DNA from: Deltaproteobacteria bacterium
Lineage (GTDB): Bacteria; Bdellovibrionota_B; Oligoflexia; Oligoflexales; Bog-1112
Direction: 5' to 3'
NCBI GenBank assembly: GCA_947466225.1
Contig: CANIBL010000007.1
Span: 1,763 to 65,762 of the forward strand
DNA length: 64,000 nucleotides
The notes beneath the pieces are model-generated. The model was not told the DNA's origin. It saw only the letters and a list, made by a program, of their open reading frames with translations, and did no database searches. The translations under genes were made by a program, and so were the position numbers. Positions within the stretch are counted from its first letter, which is position 1; every line of letters begins with the position of its first letter. Of the stretch, positions 18,696 to 28,162 are shown piece after piece.

Positions 18696-19922
18696 ATGAA
18701 AGACTGGGTTAATCGTACCTGCTTACTGAGTGGCGTTTTCACGGCCTTTCTTTTGCCTTGTAGCGCTGAAATCGTTGCGGCTGAGATGGCCATTCGTATC
18801 GCAGAGGAGGCACAGTATAAAGACGCGCATAAGCTACTTGCACAGATTCGAAGTGAAGGAACGGTCATTCTAGAGGGGGGAGAAGTAATCGGAAATTCCT
18901 TCGAGGTTTCTCTTGATATCGAAGTAGCGAAAAGAGTGGTTGAAACCGTAAAGGAGAGACCTAAGCTGCAAGGGCTTTTAGCAGAAGACGCAATAAAAAG
19001 AGACGAGTATAGAGGGCTTACAGAAACGCAGAGGCAAATAGAATCAGAAAAACTATCCGCAAGAATTTTTTCTTTGCTGCAGAAGCAGGATCAAGGGCAG
19101 GAACAGGAGGAAAAAAGGGATGCTCTATCTTCAGAAAAATCCGGAAAAAAAGTCTTAGCTGTTAAAACCATATTTCGTCCTGCGCGTCTCGATGCCGTTC
19201 CCATGGAATTTTTTGTGCGCTATACGTACCGACCGGATTTATCTATTTTTATTCGACTACAAAAATTACTTGCCATCGAGCAGCATATTCGAAATTTTCA
19301 TGAGGACAAAACAGTCTCGCTAAATCCAGATGGAGAAGCTGTTTATCAACGAGGTTTTACGCAAAAAACCATTAGTCGCATGCGAAACAGGCTGCTCAAC
19401 CATTATATGATCTACCAATTGCACCTCTACAGTGCAATTTTGCATCAACAGATGGATGCAGCCGGTGAGGCGATACCAACAGAAGCGCTAACAGAAGAGG
19501 AGTGGAGGAGCCTCGTTACTAGCGGCGGAGTGAGTGAGTCTGAGTCAGAAGCTACGACGAAAAAAGTCCCCCAAGTTTGGGGTATGGGAGTTGAGATTCA
19601 TATTCGAAGGGCCCAGTATGCATTGTGGGCCCTTCAGGCGCTGTCAGAGATGAAGTATCCTCTTTCTCGAGGTGGTAGCAGATTAATGCCGTATAACTTA
19701 GCCGTTTTTGGCATTACGCACGCTGAAATCAAGCAGCTTCTCGATATCTCAGGAAAAGAGTTGCTGCTTGCAAGCATTGCTTTTGCTAAAGAATGTCAAG
19801 AAGGTCGTCGATTGATAACAGACCAACAGTTTATGAAGATTTTTAGACCGTATATGGACAATCGAACGCATTTCCTTCAGCATTTCTGGAGGATAGATGC
19901 AAAGGAAATTGAGGCGGAGTGA
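18696..19922 (+). CDS. hypothetical secreted protein (408 aa)
   Basis: Long ORF with an N-terminal hydrophobic signal (LLSGVFTAFLLPCSA). It is helical and charged, with no recognised domain. Confidence 0.55.
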   Translation: MKDWVNRTCLLSGVFTAFLLPCSAEIVAAEMAIRIAEEAQYKDAHKLLAQIRSEGTVILEGGEVIGNSFEVSLDIEVAKRVVETVKERPKLQGLLAEDAIKRDEYRGLTETQRQIESEKLSARIFSLLQKQDQGQEQEEKRDALSSEKSGKKVLAVKTIFRPARLDAVPMEFFVRYTYRPDLSIFIRLQKLLAIEQHIRNFHEDKTVSLNPDGEAVYQRGFTQKTISRMRNRLLNHYMIYQLHLYSAILHQQMDAAGEAIPTEALTEEEWRSLVTSGGVSESESEATTKKVPQVWGMGVEIHIRRAQYALWALQALSEMKYPLSRGGSRLMPYNLAVFGITHAEIKQLLDISGKELLLASIAFAKECQEGRRLITDQQFMKIFRPYMDNRTHFLQHFWRIDAKEIEAE

Positions 19923-19937
19923 AGTTGTTTAGCCGAT

Positions 19938-20354
19938 TTATACGGTTTTATTGCCGTTCTTCTCTCCAAGTGCAAAAGCCAACGCTTCATCTCCTTTCAG
20001 AGCCATCATCCATTTCTCCTGAGAAAAAGATCGCAATATAACACAGAGAGGAAGAAGGAAAAAAACCAAACTTACCCCAATTGCCGCAGCAATTCTTTCA
20101 TATAAGCTCCAGGGGGTATACAGGAATATTACGAGTTGGCAGATCATTTCAATATGAAAAAGAAAAACAAAACCCAGCCAGACAAACGCCGTTGATATAT
20201 AAAATCGACGGATTGCGGCTATTATTTTAATATACAGAGATGTAAGTTCAATTTTTTCCAAAGCAAGTCTGCGAACCCCCATGTACTTAGCTATCTCTAG
20301 TGAGATTTCCACAAGAGCCCGCATGCTGCTTTTTGTAAAAAAGTTACAAGTCAT
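19938..20354 (-). CDS. small integral membrane protein (YqjE/holin-X-like position next to a DUF883 gene)
   Basis: 138 aa with 2-3 TM helices. The start overlaps the stop of the upstream DUF883-like gene. Confidence 0.45.
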   Translation of the reverse strand: MTCNFFTKSSMRALVEISLEIAKYMGVRRLALEKIELTSLYIKIIAAIRRFYISTAFVWLGFVFLFHIEMICQLVIFLYTPWSLYERIAAAIGVSLVFFLLPLCVILRSFSQEKWMMALKGDEALAFALGEKNGNKTV

Positions 20355-20668
20355 TTGCTACAATTTCTGATGGTAATTCCGAGTAACCAAGATCCTACCG
20401 CGACGCCTGCAATAAAAGGCCAAGGATTCTGGTGGACTGACTGATTCAGTTCTCTTGTGTACTTTAACGTCTTGTCTCTCCCCTCATGGTACGCATCCGA
20501 AAAAGCCGACTCGACGTTCTCTTTTTTACTTGAAACCACCTCTTCGATTACGCCCTTTAAATCTTCGTACTTACTTGAGATCATTTTCATGAGATCTCCT
20601 TTTTTTTCTATTGCTGCATCATTTAATACTTTCAATGCCTCGTCAAATTTCATCTCAGAATAGGCCAT
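20351..20668 (-). CDS. DUF883 (ElaB/YqjD)-like tail-anchored protein
   Basis: The ATG at 20668 (MAYSEMKF...) has AGGAG 8 nt upstream, so the longer track ORF start at 20716 is rejected. A helical N-terminal part is followed by ...NPWPFIAGVAVGSWLLGITI, a C-terminal anchor typical of ElaB/YqjD. Confidence 0.6.
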   Translation of the reverse strand: MAYSEMKFDEALKVLNDAAIEKKGDLMKMISSKYEDLKGVIEEVVSSKKENVESAFSDAYHEGRDKTLKYTRELNQSVHQNPWPFIAGVAVGSWLLGITIRNCSK

Positions 20669-21035
20669 TTTCAAATCTCCTTTCAAAGAAATTGAACCCA
20701 AAAAAACATATCCCACGCGTGAACTCTATACCTTCGGTGTTTAGTTATCAATGATTGTGTTTTAAGTGTGTATGAAATTGAATAAGGCAGAAACTTCAAC
20801 GAAGTAAGACGGTGTTTTGGTTTTTTTTGCATTTAGTGGTCTTTGTCCTACAGAGTCTAAACTTGGAGTCTGTTGTTTTTAGGAGGTTCAGTAACTGATT
20901 GAAATGGTCGGTTATTTTTATAAACAGCCACATTTTTACGCTGCTTTCTCCATTGCGAAACAAGGTGTATATCTCCCCCCTTTTAAGGTTGTGGCTACTT
21001 CTTATGATAGTTGAGAGACATTTTTGGGGGATGAC

Positions 21036-21356
21036 ATGAAATATAAGATGGTTCGTTTGTTGAGTTTGGTTGTCGCAAGCCATATTGCAATTCTTGCTTA
21101 TTGTGGTCTCGAGTTAGATGCAAAGTTGGGTCGCCGCTGGACACATGAAACGGGGGGAAAAGCAAACTATGTTCTGGCTAGCGAAGCGCTGGTGTTTCGT
21201 CTAACTGGTGAGTATGAATACTCTAGGATTGACTTGCAAAGAAAAGGGGAAATGCAAACCACGGTTTCCAATGTCAGAGGTAACAGAGTTCACATCTCTA
21301 GAAAAACAATGAAGTCGATTCACGCTATTTTGGTTGGGACGGAGATGGCTTTTTAG
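21036..21356 (+). CDS. small hypothetical protein with OMP-like C-terminal strand
   Basis: ATG at 21036 with GGGGGA upstream and a hydrophobic N-terminus. The C-terminus ...AILVGTEMAF ends in Phe like outer-membrane beta-barrel proteins, but 106 aa is too short for a full barrel. Confidence 0.35.
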   Translation: MKYKMVRLLSLVVASHIAILAYCGLELDAKLGRRWTHETGGKANYVLASEALVFRLTGEYEYSRIDLQRKGEMQTTVSNVRGNRVHISRKTMKSIHAILVGTEMAF

Positions 21357-21710
21357 TTTGGTATGAAGGGAGAATTTGGTAGAAGTGGAATAGAAAACAT
21401 TTGGTTGATATTTGAATTGAATTTTAGCTTGGGTTTATATCTCCTATTTTGGTCCCGTCGAGGGGAGCCCTCTCGACCGTGGGCAAGACTCCTCCTTCCG
21501 TTTCTGTTGGTACTTATTTTTCGGTACAATCTAATAGAGTTTCGCAGAAACTCTATTGAATGAATATCTGAATTAGCATGATCTTCATCGATGCCACTGC
21601 CTTCTACGCATGTAGGCGAATTTTTTCCGCGAACAGAACAAATCGTAATTTGATCACTCCGCTTTAAGAAATCCGTTATATAAGAAAATCCATTGATCCT
21701 GTAACGCGCC

Positions 21711-24365
21711 TTACCAGCACACGCACAGCAGCGATTGCATACCCGAACAGCCGCTCCAATAACCGCTGGATATCCAGTTCGCATTATTGGATGCATTGGC
21801 CATGGATCCAAACTGCGCATCACCAGACGGGGTTGAGCTTCCAGTAGTCCATGCGCTGCAGTTTCTCGAAGCCAAGGCGCCAGCGCTGTTCGATCCTGTC
21901 CAGAAATTTCCGATGCTAAGCACTGTGCCAATCGCCTGACTCCCACAGGTAGAGCCGCCTCCCCCGTTTCCTCCACTGCAAGGTCCGCGGGAAATCAAAT
22001 CGCTCCAGTTTGAGTTCATCAGGTAGGTAGAAGCAATGTCCCAGATGGCAGCGGAGCTGGAGAAACCATACGTAGTTTGCATGGCTGCCATCGTGTCGAG
22101 GCTAGAGGTGCTGAGTACAGCGTGTACGTGACTCGAACTGGTACAGATGGAAGAGTAGCTTGCATTTCGTGTAGAATCACAAATTGCATCTGCGCCGGAT
22201 CTACCACCGAGATTTCCGTTGTGAGTAGCGCTTGCGAATAGGTAGAGGAGGGCGCTCGCGTACGTGAGCGTCACCGTACTTGTGGAAACTCCCGCGTTGC
22301 CTGCAAGATCATGGATACCGGAAAGAGTACTGGTGAGTACGACAGTTTGCCCGTTGGTGCAGGTACCCCCGGTGAGATTGACGGTGATATTTGGGGTCCC
22401 AGAACCACTGATACTCGAAAGGGTAGGCAGGGGGGAACACGTGCTGCTCGTAAGAGTAAAGTTCCCCGCCACCGCAGTTACGGCTTCGCTGAAGGTGAGA
22501 ACAATGGTCCCCGGAATTGCAGAAATCGTACTTGTAGCTGGAGTCGTGCTGCTAAGCGTGGGAGCTGTGTTGTCTATGGCAATGGATGCGCTCTCGCCAG
22601 ATGCAGTGGAGAAATTTCTAGCTGCATCTTGTACCGTGCCTGCATTTACATGCACTGTCGCAGTCCCATTTCCCGTGCAGCTACTGAGGGTCAGGGTAGC
22701 GCCCGCAGTGGTGATGCCGCTCACAGCGATGGAGCAAGAGGCCCCCCCCGTAAAGGTGGGAGTGACTCCGCCTCCTCCTGTCGTCAACGCGCCGTCTCCT
22801 GGTGTTAACGTGGTGCCGCCTGCAGACGAGGGCGTGTAGGTGAGGGGCAGGGTTACACTGCCAGTATAGTTGACTTTCGTATGCCCGCTTGCAATCGAGG
22901 GGGCACCCAATGTGGCACTGGGGCCTATGTCGCTTACCGTGTAGGTGTGCATCGTGGCAGCCCCCGTCCCTGCATTCCCCAGCGTATCTGCACTGGTGGT
23001 GGGGTCTACAGACACCGTGAGCGTTTGGGTGTTGCTACAAGATCCACCAGAGAGGGCGAGAGTAGCCACGGTATTGCCTACGCTCCTGGTGATGCTCCCC
23101 TTGGTTGGGAGTGTGGTACAGGTTCCACCGAGGGTGAAATGGCTCGCAGAAAAGTCAGCCATGGCTTTACTAAACGTAGCCACAATACTGCTCGGTGTTG
23201 GGTTGACATAACTGGTGGCCGGTGTGAGGCTCAGCAGTGTGGGGGCTGTATTGTCAATCGTGATAACAGCACTTTCTGAGGAGACGGTGGAAGGATTCCC
23301 CAGGGGATCCACAACGGTGCCTGCATTCACATGCACAGTGAGCGTGCCGCTTCCACTACAACTGCTCAAGGCAATTGTAGCGTCCGTGGTGGTGATGTTG
23401 CTCACGGTTACGGTGCACGAGGGTGTCCCGGTAATCGTGGTAAGCGTAACTCCGCTTCCCCCTGTTGTGAGAGGACTCTCGCTCAGGACAGAGGCTCCAG
23501 AGGGGGACGCGGTATAGGTCACAGCCAGGGTGGATGTTCCCGTTGAATTGAACTCTGTAGAGGAAGGTGTTCCCAGCGCTGCACTGGGTCCTGTGGCGCT
23601 GACCGTGTAGATGTTGCTCAGCGCAGAGCCGGTTCCGATGATACCGTTTGCGTCTTTCACCGCAGTTGCATCTACGGAAACCACCAGGGTTTGGGTGTCG
23701 GTGCATATGCCTCCCGCTAAAGACAGGCTGGCACTAGTAGCATCGCTGCTCATAGTGACCGTCCCCGCGGTGGGCAGCGTTGTACACGTGCCACTAAGGG
23801 TAAAATTGCTTGCGGTTAAAGGCGTCATCGCGGCGCTAAAGGTTGCGATAATGGTGGTGGGGGTGGGGTTGACCAATCCAGCATCGGGGAGAAGGCTCGA
23901 CAGGGTCGTAGTTGGGACCTCCGCAGCCAAGGTTTTTTGGGAGAAGGTTTTGTATACGGCTTTGTTCTTTGCAGAATCTGTAACAAGCAGAGAAAAATAG
24001 TACACTTTATCTGCAGTTAACTCCGTGAGCGATACGGAGGTGATTCCGATGGCAGCTTTCCCTACCGGTTCCCAGATCGTACTTGTTGCGAGTGTCGAGG
24101 GATCGATGGCGCCAGTGCCCGGATTCTTGGTGGTATAAAACAGCAGGTAACTCATCTGGGTAGAGGCAAATGAGGCGCTGGTGGATGCGCTCCAGCTCAC
24201 GGTGATCGAGGTGGAGGTGACCTCACTAAAGGTCAGGATGGATTGCGTAATTTCGGCAATCAGTGCGCTGCCATCCGACTGGGAAGTGGTGGTAGTGTTT
24301 CCACATCGAAGGGTGGCTAGAAAGAGACAGCAAGACCCAAGAAGAAACAGACTTTTAATTCGCAT
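21711..24365 (-). CDS. large secreted repeat protein: FN3-like domain, three Ig-like repeat modules, Cys-rich DUF1554-like C-terminal domain
   Basis: 884 aa with a signal peptide. ...SITVSWSAS...YLLFYT... looks FN3-like. Repeated modules follow the pattern L..L.P......P..I.ATFS.AM.....FTL.GTC..LP and YTVS..GPSA.LG.PS...VHVNAGTV.D..GN.S..S.ES..I.IDNTAPT. The tail is ...LFASATHNGNLGGRSGADAICD...CVCW. Confidence 0.8.
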   Translation of the reverse strand: MRIKSLFLLGSCCLFLATLRCGNTTTTSQSDGSALIAEITQSILTFSEVTSTSITVSWSASTSASFASTQMSYLLFYTTKNPGTGAIDPSTLATSTIWEPVGKAAIGITSVSLTELTADKVYYFSLLVTDSAKNKAVYKTFSQKTLAAEVPTTTLSSLLPDAGLVNPTPTTIIATFSAAMTPLTASNFTLSGTCTTLPTAGTVTMSSDATSASLSLAGGICTDTQTLVVSVDATAVKDANGIIGTGSALSNIYTVSATGPSAALGTPSSTEFNSTGTSTLAVTYTASPSGASVLSESPLTTGGSGVTLTTITGTPSCTVTVSNITTTDATIALSSCSGSGTLTVHVNAGTVVDPLGNPSTVSSESAVITIDNTAPTLLSLTPATSYVNPTPSSIVATFSKAMADFSASHFTLGGTCTTLPTKGSITRSVGNTVATLALSGGSCSNTQTLTVSVDPTTSADTLGNAGTGAATMHTYTVSDIGPSATLGAPSIASGHTKVNYTGSVTLPLTYTPSSAGGTTLTPGDGALTTGGGGVTPTFTGGASCSIAVSGITTAGATLTLSSCTGNGTATVHVNAGTVQDAARNFSTASGESASIAIDNTAPTLSSTTPATSTISAIPGTIVLTFSEAVTAVAGNFTLTSSTCSPLPTLSSISGSGTPNITVNLTGGTCTNGQTVVLTSTLSGIHDLAGNAGVSTSTVTLTYASALLYLFASATHNGNLGGRSGADAICDSTRNASYSSICTSSSHVHAVLSTSSLDTMAAMQTTYGFSSSAAIWDIASTYLMNSNWSDLISRGPCSGGNGGGGSTCGSQAIGTVLSIGNFWTGSNSAGALASRNCSAWTTGSSTPSGDAQFGSMANASNNANWISSGYWSGCSGMQSLLCVCW
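22260..23903 (-). repeat. intragenic tandem repeats (~670-bp period, about 2.5 copies) encoding Ig-like modules
   Basis: Protein-level repeats start at about aa 155, 377 and 604 of the 884-aa product. Copies are diverged, not identical. Confidence 0.7.
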
Positions 24366-25109
24366 AGGCTCTCTTGGTATAGAAAGGTGAAAAGGAAGTT
24401 TTCCTCTTCTTATTCTACTTCAAGAGTCGGGGCTAGTTTCATGAGGGGCAAAATATCGGTAGATTGATTGTCGATATCCCGAAAATTGAGCCTGGGGGAA
24501 TTAGGGGCTACTCGACTGCAATGGCATCCGGCTAAGAAGTAGCCCTTATTTTATTTTCGTTGATTTTTTTACATATTGGTCAATATTCTCCATAAGGATT
24601 TGCCTCACCCGCTTGAACTAGTTTTTCACTGCATTTTTCGGACAATCGAAGAGAAACAACTTCGAGTAAAACCTTTTTTCTTATTTTCCGAGGCGGGATG
24701 ATTTTCCCTGAAGTCTTCAGTTTTGCTACGTCAACTTCAGAGAGAATTTTTCTATGCTGTCTTTATTTAAATAAGGTGTTTTTTTCTTCATTTCGCATTC
24801 TCCAACAAGTGACAGCTCTCAATTTTGTATTTCGCTTTTTTCAAATTACAGCATGTTTTTGAAAGGAGGAAATGACAATAGAAGAAAGGCTATATCAATA
24901 GCACCTTCTACAAAGGCCTACAGACTTGTAAGTTCGTCATCCTTCGCTTGCGCTCAGGATGATGGAAATAGGAAAAATTGCGATGAAAATAAGTCTAGAA
25001 ATACGGAGTCTCATGTTGTCCGCCGAGGCAGTGCAACTTGCGTAGGGATAGGCTAGAGATACAGATTTTGCCTGGAGTCGGAATCTATCAACAACTTGAT
25101 TTTTTTAAC

Positions 25110-25186
25110 TGGTCGGGGTGGCGGGATTCGAACCCACGACCTTACGCCCCCCAGACGTACGCGCTACCAAACTGCGCTACACCCCG
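25110..25186 (-). tRNA. tRNA-Pro (anticodon GGG)
   Basis: The reverse complement reads CGGGGTGTAGCGCAGTTTGGTAGCGCGTACGTCTGGGGGGCGTAAGGTCGTGGGTTCGAATCCCGCCACCCCGACCA. The anticodon loop is CTGGGGG with G37, and the CCA is encoded. Confidence 0.95.
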
Positions 25187-25279
25187 ACATAAAGGAAGAC
25201 CGAATTTGTACCATAGGAAAAAAGGGAGATCAATTGGATAAAAACTGCCCATTCGGCTAACAGCACCCACCTGTTACAC

Positions 25280-26515
25280 TTGAGGTTGACGTCGGAATAT
25301 CGAGGGGGCGATGTGATCCAACGAGTGTGTCTAGCTACTTTTATTGCATTGGTGGGTGCTGTTGCCTATGGACAGTCTAGCCGCCCTTCGCCCGCCCCAG
25401 CGCCTCTTTTTCCTGTTCCTGCGCAATTACAGACGCGAGTGGCATTTTGGGAGCGAATTTTTTCTACCTATGCAGAGCGCATTACGATATTACATGACCG
25501 CGAAAACCCTGGCTTGATTTTAGATATCCTTGATTTTCAAAGCGCTCGGATTCAGCGCCTTTTCCCCTCATTCACTCGAGAGCAGGTCACCGCATTCTAT
25601 GTGCAGCGGTATCAGCAGGCTTTTAGCCGTTTTCGCAGTTTGGGGAAGGGGGCGTTACGCTATGGGGCTATCGAGGCGCGTCTACTTTCGGTCTATGGAA
25701 AAGCGCCGGGGGGGAGAGCTGCCCTATTTTGGGGTCATCCACAGGTGCATGCTCAGAAAGGTCTCTCTGGTACGTTTCGCCAGGCTGCACAACGAGCGCA
25801 GCCTTTTCTCCCTCTTATGGAGAAAATTTTTCGTAAAAAAGGGTTACCTCCGATCCTGACTCGCTTACCTTTTGTGGAGTCGATGTTTCAGGGGGAAGCG
25901 CTTTCTAGCGTTGGGGCGTTGGGCGTCTGGCAATTTATGAAAAGTACAGCCAAGCAGTATATGATCGTGAATCATTTCATTGATGAAAGACGCTCTCCCA
26001 TTAAAGCTACCCATGCAGCAGCCATGCTTTTATCCGAAAATTATGAAGTTTTTCATTCGTGGCCTCTCGCGCTTACGGCCTATAACTTTGGTCGCGGTAA
26101 TCTTGAGAAGGCAGTTAAAAAACTGCATACCCATGATTTTATTCAAATTTTAGAACGAAATGATATGAGGGCATTTGGGTTTGCTGGGAAGAATTTCTAT
26201 GCAGAGTTTATTGCTGCATGTCGTGTCTACGCTAAGCTTCAGGAAGAAAAGATTTTTGTGTCCTCTGTTCGAAGTCAAGCCCAGCAGCTTGCCATACTGC
26301 AGCCAAGAAATAACATGTCGATTTCGGAAATTTTGCGTAAGACGCTGGTAACACAGCGAATGCTGGAAATATGGAACCCGGGTCTTAACCCCAGTGCCTT
26401 TACCTATTTTCGTAATGACCATCTCCCTTCAGCCTATAGTCTCATTATTCCTCAATCTTTTCTTCCTTCTGTAAAAAAAGCTTTTTATGGGATTGAATCT
26501 GCTGGGTTTCTTTGA
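25280..26515 (+). CDS. lytic transglycosylase domain protein (SLT/MltD-like)
   Basis: 411 aa with a TTG start (exact start uncertain) and a signal peptide. The SLT motifs are FVESMFQGEALSSVGALGVWQFM (catalytic Glu) and ...ALTAYNFG. Confidence 0.8.
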   Translation: MRLTSEYRGGDVIQRVCLATFIALVGAVAYGQSSRPSPAPAPLFPVPAQLQTRVAFWERIFSTYAERITILHDRENPGLILDILDFQSARIQRLFPSFTREQVTAFYVQRYQQAFSRFRSLGKGALRYGAIEARLLSVYGKAPGGRAALFWGHPQVHAQKGLSGTFRQAAQRAQPFLPLMEKIFRKKGLPPILTRLPFVESMFQGEALSSVGALGVWQFMKSTAKQYMIVNHFIDERRSPIKATHAAAMLLSENYEVFHSWPLALTAYNFGRGNLEKAVKKLHTHDFIQILERNDMRAFGFAGKNFYAEFIAACRVYAKLQEEKIFVSSVRSQAQQLAILQPRNNMSISEILRKTLVTQRMLEIWNPGLNPSAFTYFRNDHLPSAYSLIIPQSFLPSVKKAFYGIESAGFL

Positions 26516-26633
26516 TTTTTCGGGCTTTTTCTTTCCAGAACGTATATATATGCCTTGACGACATCCATACTTTATTTCACTAACGTCCTAGTTTTGCTAC
26601 CGTTGAGAACTATCAAGATAAAGGGTTGCTTTT

Positions 26634-27827
26634 ATGCATGCAACAGATGGAACTTTCTTCCATATACAAAAAATCCTTTCTCAAAGAAGCGTACAAATTT
26701 TGATCGTTATTGGTCTCTATTTGATTTTTGCTTCTCATATACCTGTTGGCATACACCAACTCTTCTATACTATGAGCATGGCGATAAAAGAGATATTGGT
26801 CTGGATGATGCCAGTAACGGTGTTCTTTTTTATTGCGCATACGGTGTCATTTTTCAAGCAAAAGGCCCCCCTCTTTATTTTAAGTCTATTGGCTTTTGAA
26901 GCGCTCTCTAATTTTACCAGCGTATGGTACAGCTATTTTGCCGCTCATATCGCGACACAATCACTCGATATGATTCAACCCTATAACATGCAATCCAGTT
27001 TTGAACCATTGTGGAAATTCCCTTATACTCGACCCACTTGGTGGGCAGCAGATAAGGGATGTATGCTTGGGCTTCTGATTGGGTGTTTGGTGGCTTTTTA
27101 TCGTCAAACCACTCTGGTGCATTTTCTTGCTGCGGGTAAAAAAACCATGGAGTTTATCTTAACTCGATTTTTCGCTCGCTTGATTCCCATCTTTGTTCTG
27201 GGGTTTGTGGCAAACATGTATGAAACACGGTTGCTGCAGCAAATTTTTGTACAATATGGTGTTTTGGTTTTGGTTCTAGTTGGGCTTTTGGTGTTGTATC
27301 TGTTTTTTCTCTTTCTGCTTGGCACAGGATTTCGGGTCGGGTTGTCACTTACGCACATTCGCAACCTCTTGCCAGCTGGTGGGATTGCGTTGACGTCAGG
27401 GTGCAGTCTTTCGACGATGCCTTGGACTATTGCGTCGACAGAAAAAAACTTACGCAATCCCAACCTAGCGCAAGTACTGATTCCTGCTACTACCAATATT
27501 CAGCAAATTGGCGATTGCATTGCAAATTCGTTTCTCTGTTTTGTTCTCTATAAGCAGTTTTTTGGTATTGCACCTGGATTTACCACGTGGATTTCTTTTT
27601 CTCTGGCGTTTGCTTTGGCTCGTTTTGCTACAGCTGCGGTATTGGGTGGTGCAATTTTTATTATGTTGCCCATCTATGAGATGTATTTGAATTTTACGCC
27701 CGAAATGATCGCGATTATTTTGGCTTGTAACGTGATGCTAGACCCAATCATCACCAGCACCAATGTCATGGCAAATGGGGCATTGTGTCGAATCTTTGAG
27801 TGGGTATGGGGACGAGGAAAGGTCTAG
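26634..27827 (+). CDS. dicarboxylate/amino acid:cation symporter (DAACS) family transporter, divergent
   Basis: 397 aa and polytopic. IKEILVWMMPVTVFFFIAHTV resembles the LKMLIVPLVF region. The C-terminal ...LDPIITSTNVMANGAL resembles the DxxRTxxNVxG region. Confidence 0.55.
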   Translation: MHATDGTFFHIQKILSQRSVQILIVIGLYLIFASHIPVGIHQLFYTMSMAIKEILVWMMPVTVFFFIAHTVSFFKQKAPLFILSLLAFEALSNFTSVWYSYFAAHIATQSLDMIQPYNMQSSFEPLWKFPYTRPTWWAADKGCMLGLLIGCLVAFYRQTTLVHFLAAGKKTMEFILTRFFARLIPIFVLGFVANMYETRLLQQIFVQYGVLVLVLVGLLVLYLFFLFLLGTGFRVGLSLTHIRNLLPAGGIALTSGCSLSTMPWTIASTEKNLRNPNLAQVLIPATTNIQQIGDCIANSFLCFVLYKQFFGIAPGFTTWISFSLAFALARFATAAVLGGAIFIMLPIYEMYLNFTPEMIAIILACNVMLDPIITSTNVMANGALCRIFEWVWGRGKV

Positions 27828-28162
27828 TTTTCGATTCGGCAGGAGATGCCTTTGACACAGTCGCCTCGACGCATATCAGTAACAGCAGCTTTTTGGCATG
27901 CGTGGTGCGCCTCAGTTTTTGCCTGCGCTTGGCTATATGAAGTGGTGCGAATGTTGCTATATCCAAACCCTGAACTTTCAAAGGCCCATACTTGTTGAGG
28001 CTGTGGTACTCCGCCTCCTCTACTCATCAAGTAGTTTACGCACCCTTCCAAAGCTGCGACTCTTGCTTCCAGTTGTAAAACCCTCGAAGGATCTGCTGCA
28101 AACATCATTCCAGTATATAGTACGGGTGCAAGTACGAGTGAAAAACGAAGCATAAATTTCAT
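27824..28162 (-). CDS. small secreted protein, unknown function
   Basis: ATG at 28162 (MKFMLRFSLVLAPV...) with GGAG 7 nt upstream. It has a signal peptide and four Cys residues. The 3' end overlaps the convergent transporter gene by 4 nt. Confidence 0.5.
   Translation of the reverse strand: MKFMLRFSLVLAPVLYTGMMFAADPSRVLQLEARVAALEGCVNYLMSRGGGVPQPQQVWAFESSGFGYSNIRTTSYSQAQAKTEAHHACQKAAVTDMRRGDCVKGISCRIEN

Noticed and set aside
21353-21976. 207-aa minus-strand ORF overlapping the 3' end of the adhesin-like gene and extending into the 21357-21710 gap.
   Set aside because: It overlaps the real gene by 266 bp in another frame, and the non-overlapping part is Arg/Asn-rich with no protein-like pattern. 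The gap more likely holds terminator hairpins for the convergent genes, for example AATAGAGTT-N7-AACTCTATT at about 21533-21557.
22260-23903. Checked whether the repetitive DNA here, or anywhere in the window, could be a CRISPR array.
   Set aside because: The repeats have a ~670-bp period, are diverged, and lie in-frame within a coding sequence. No short (24-48 bp) regularly spaced direct repeats and no cas genes were seen anywhere in the window.
22264-24000. Several long + strand ORFs (191, 165, 132, 129, 100 aa and others) antisense to the 884-aa repeat protein gene.
   Set aside because: They lie entirely inside a much longer, domain-containing minus-strand ORF. Their products are low-complexity (Val/Pro/Ala/Arg-rich) mirror translations of a Thr/Ser/Gly-rich gene, and there are no RBS or start contexts. 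They are artefacts of biased composition.
19938-25186. Possibility of an integrated prophage or genomic island at tRNA-Pro.
   Set aside because: No integrase, transposase or phage structural gene was found, and no direct repeat of the tRNA 3' end. Only compositional heterogeneity and accessory-type genes support it, so it is reported merely as an AT-rich flank.
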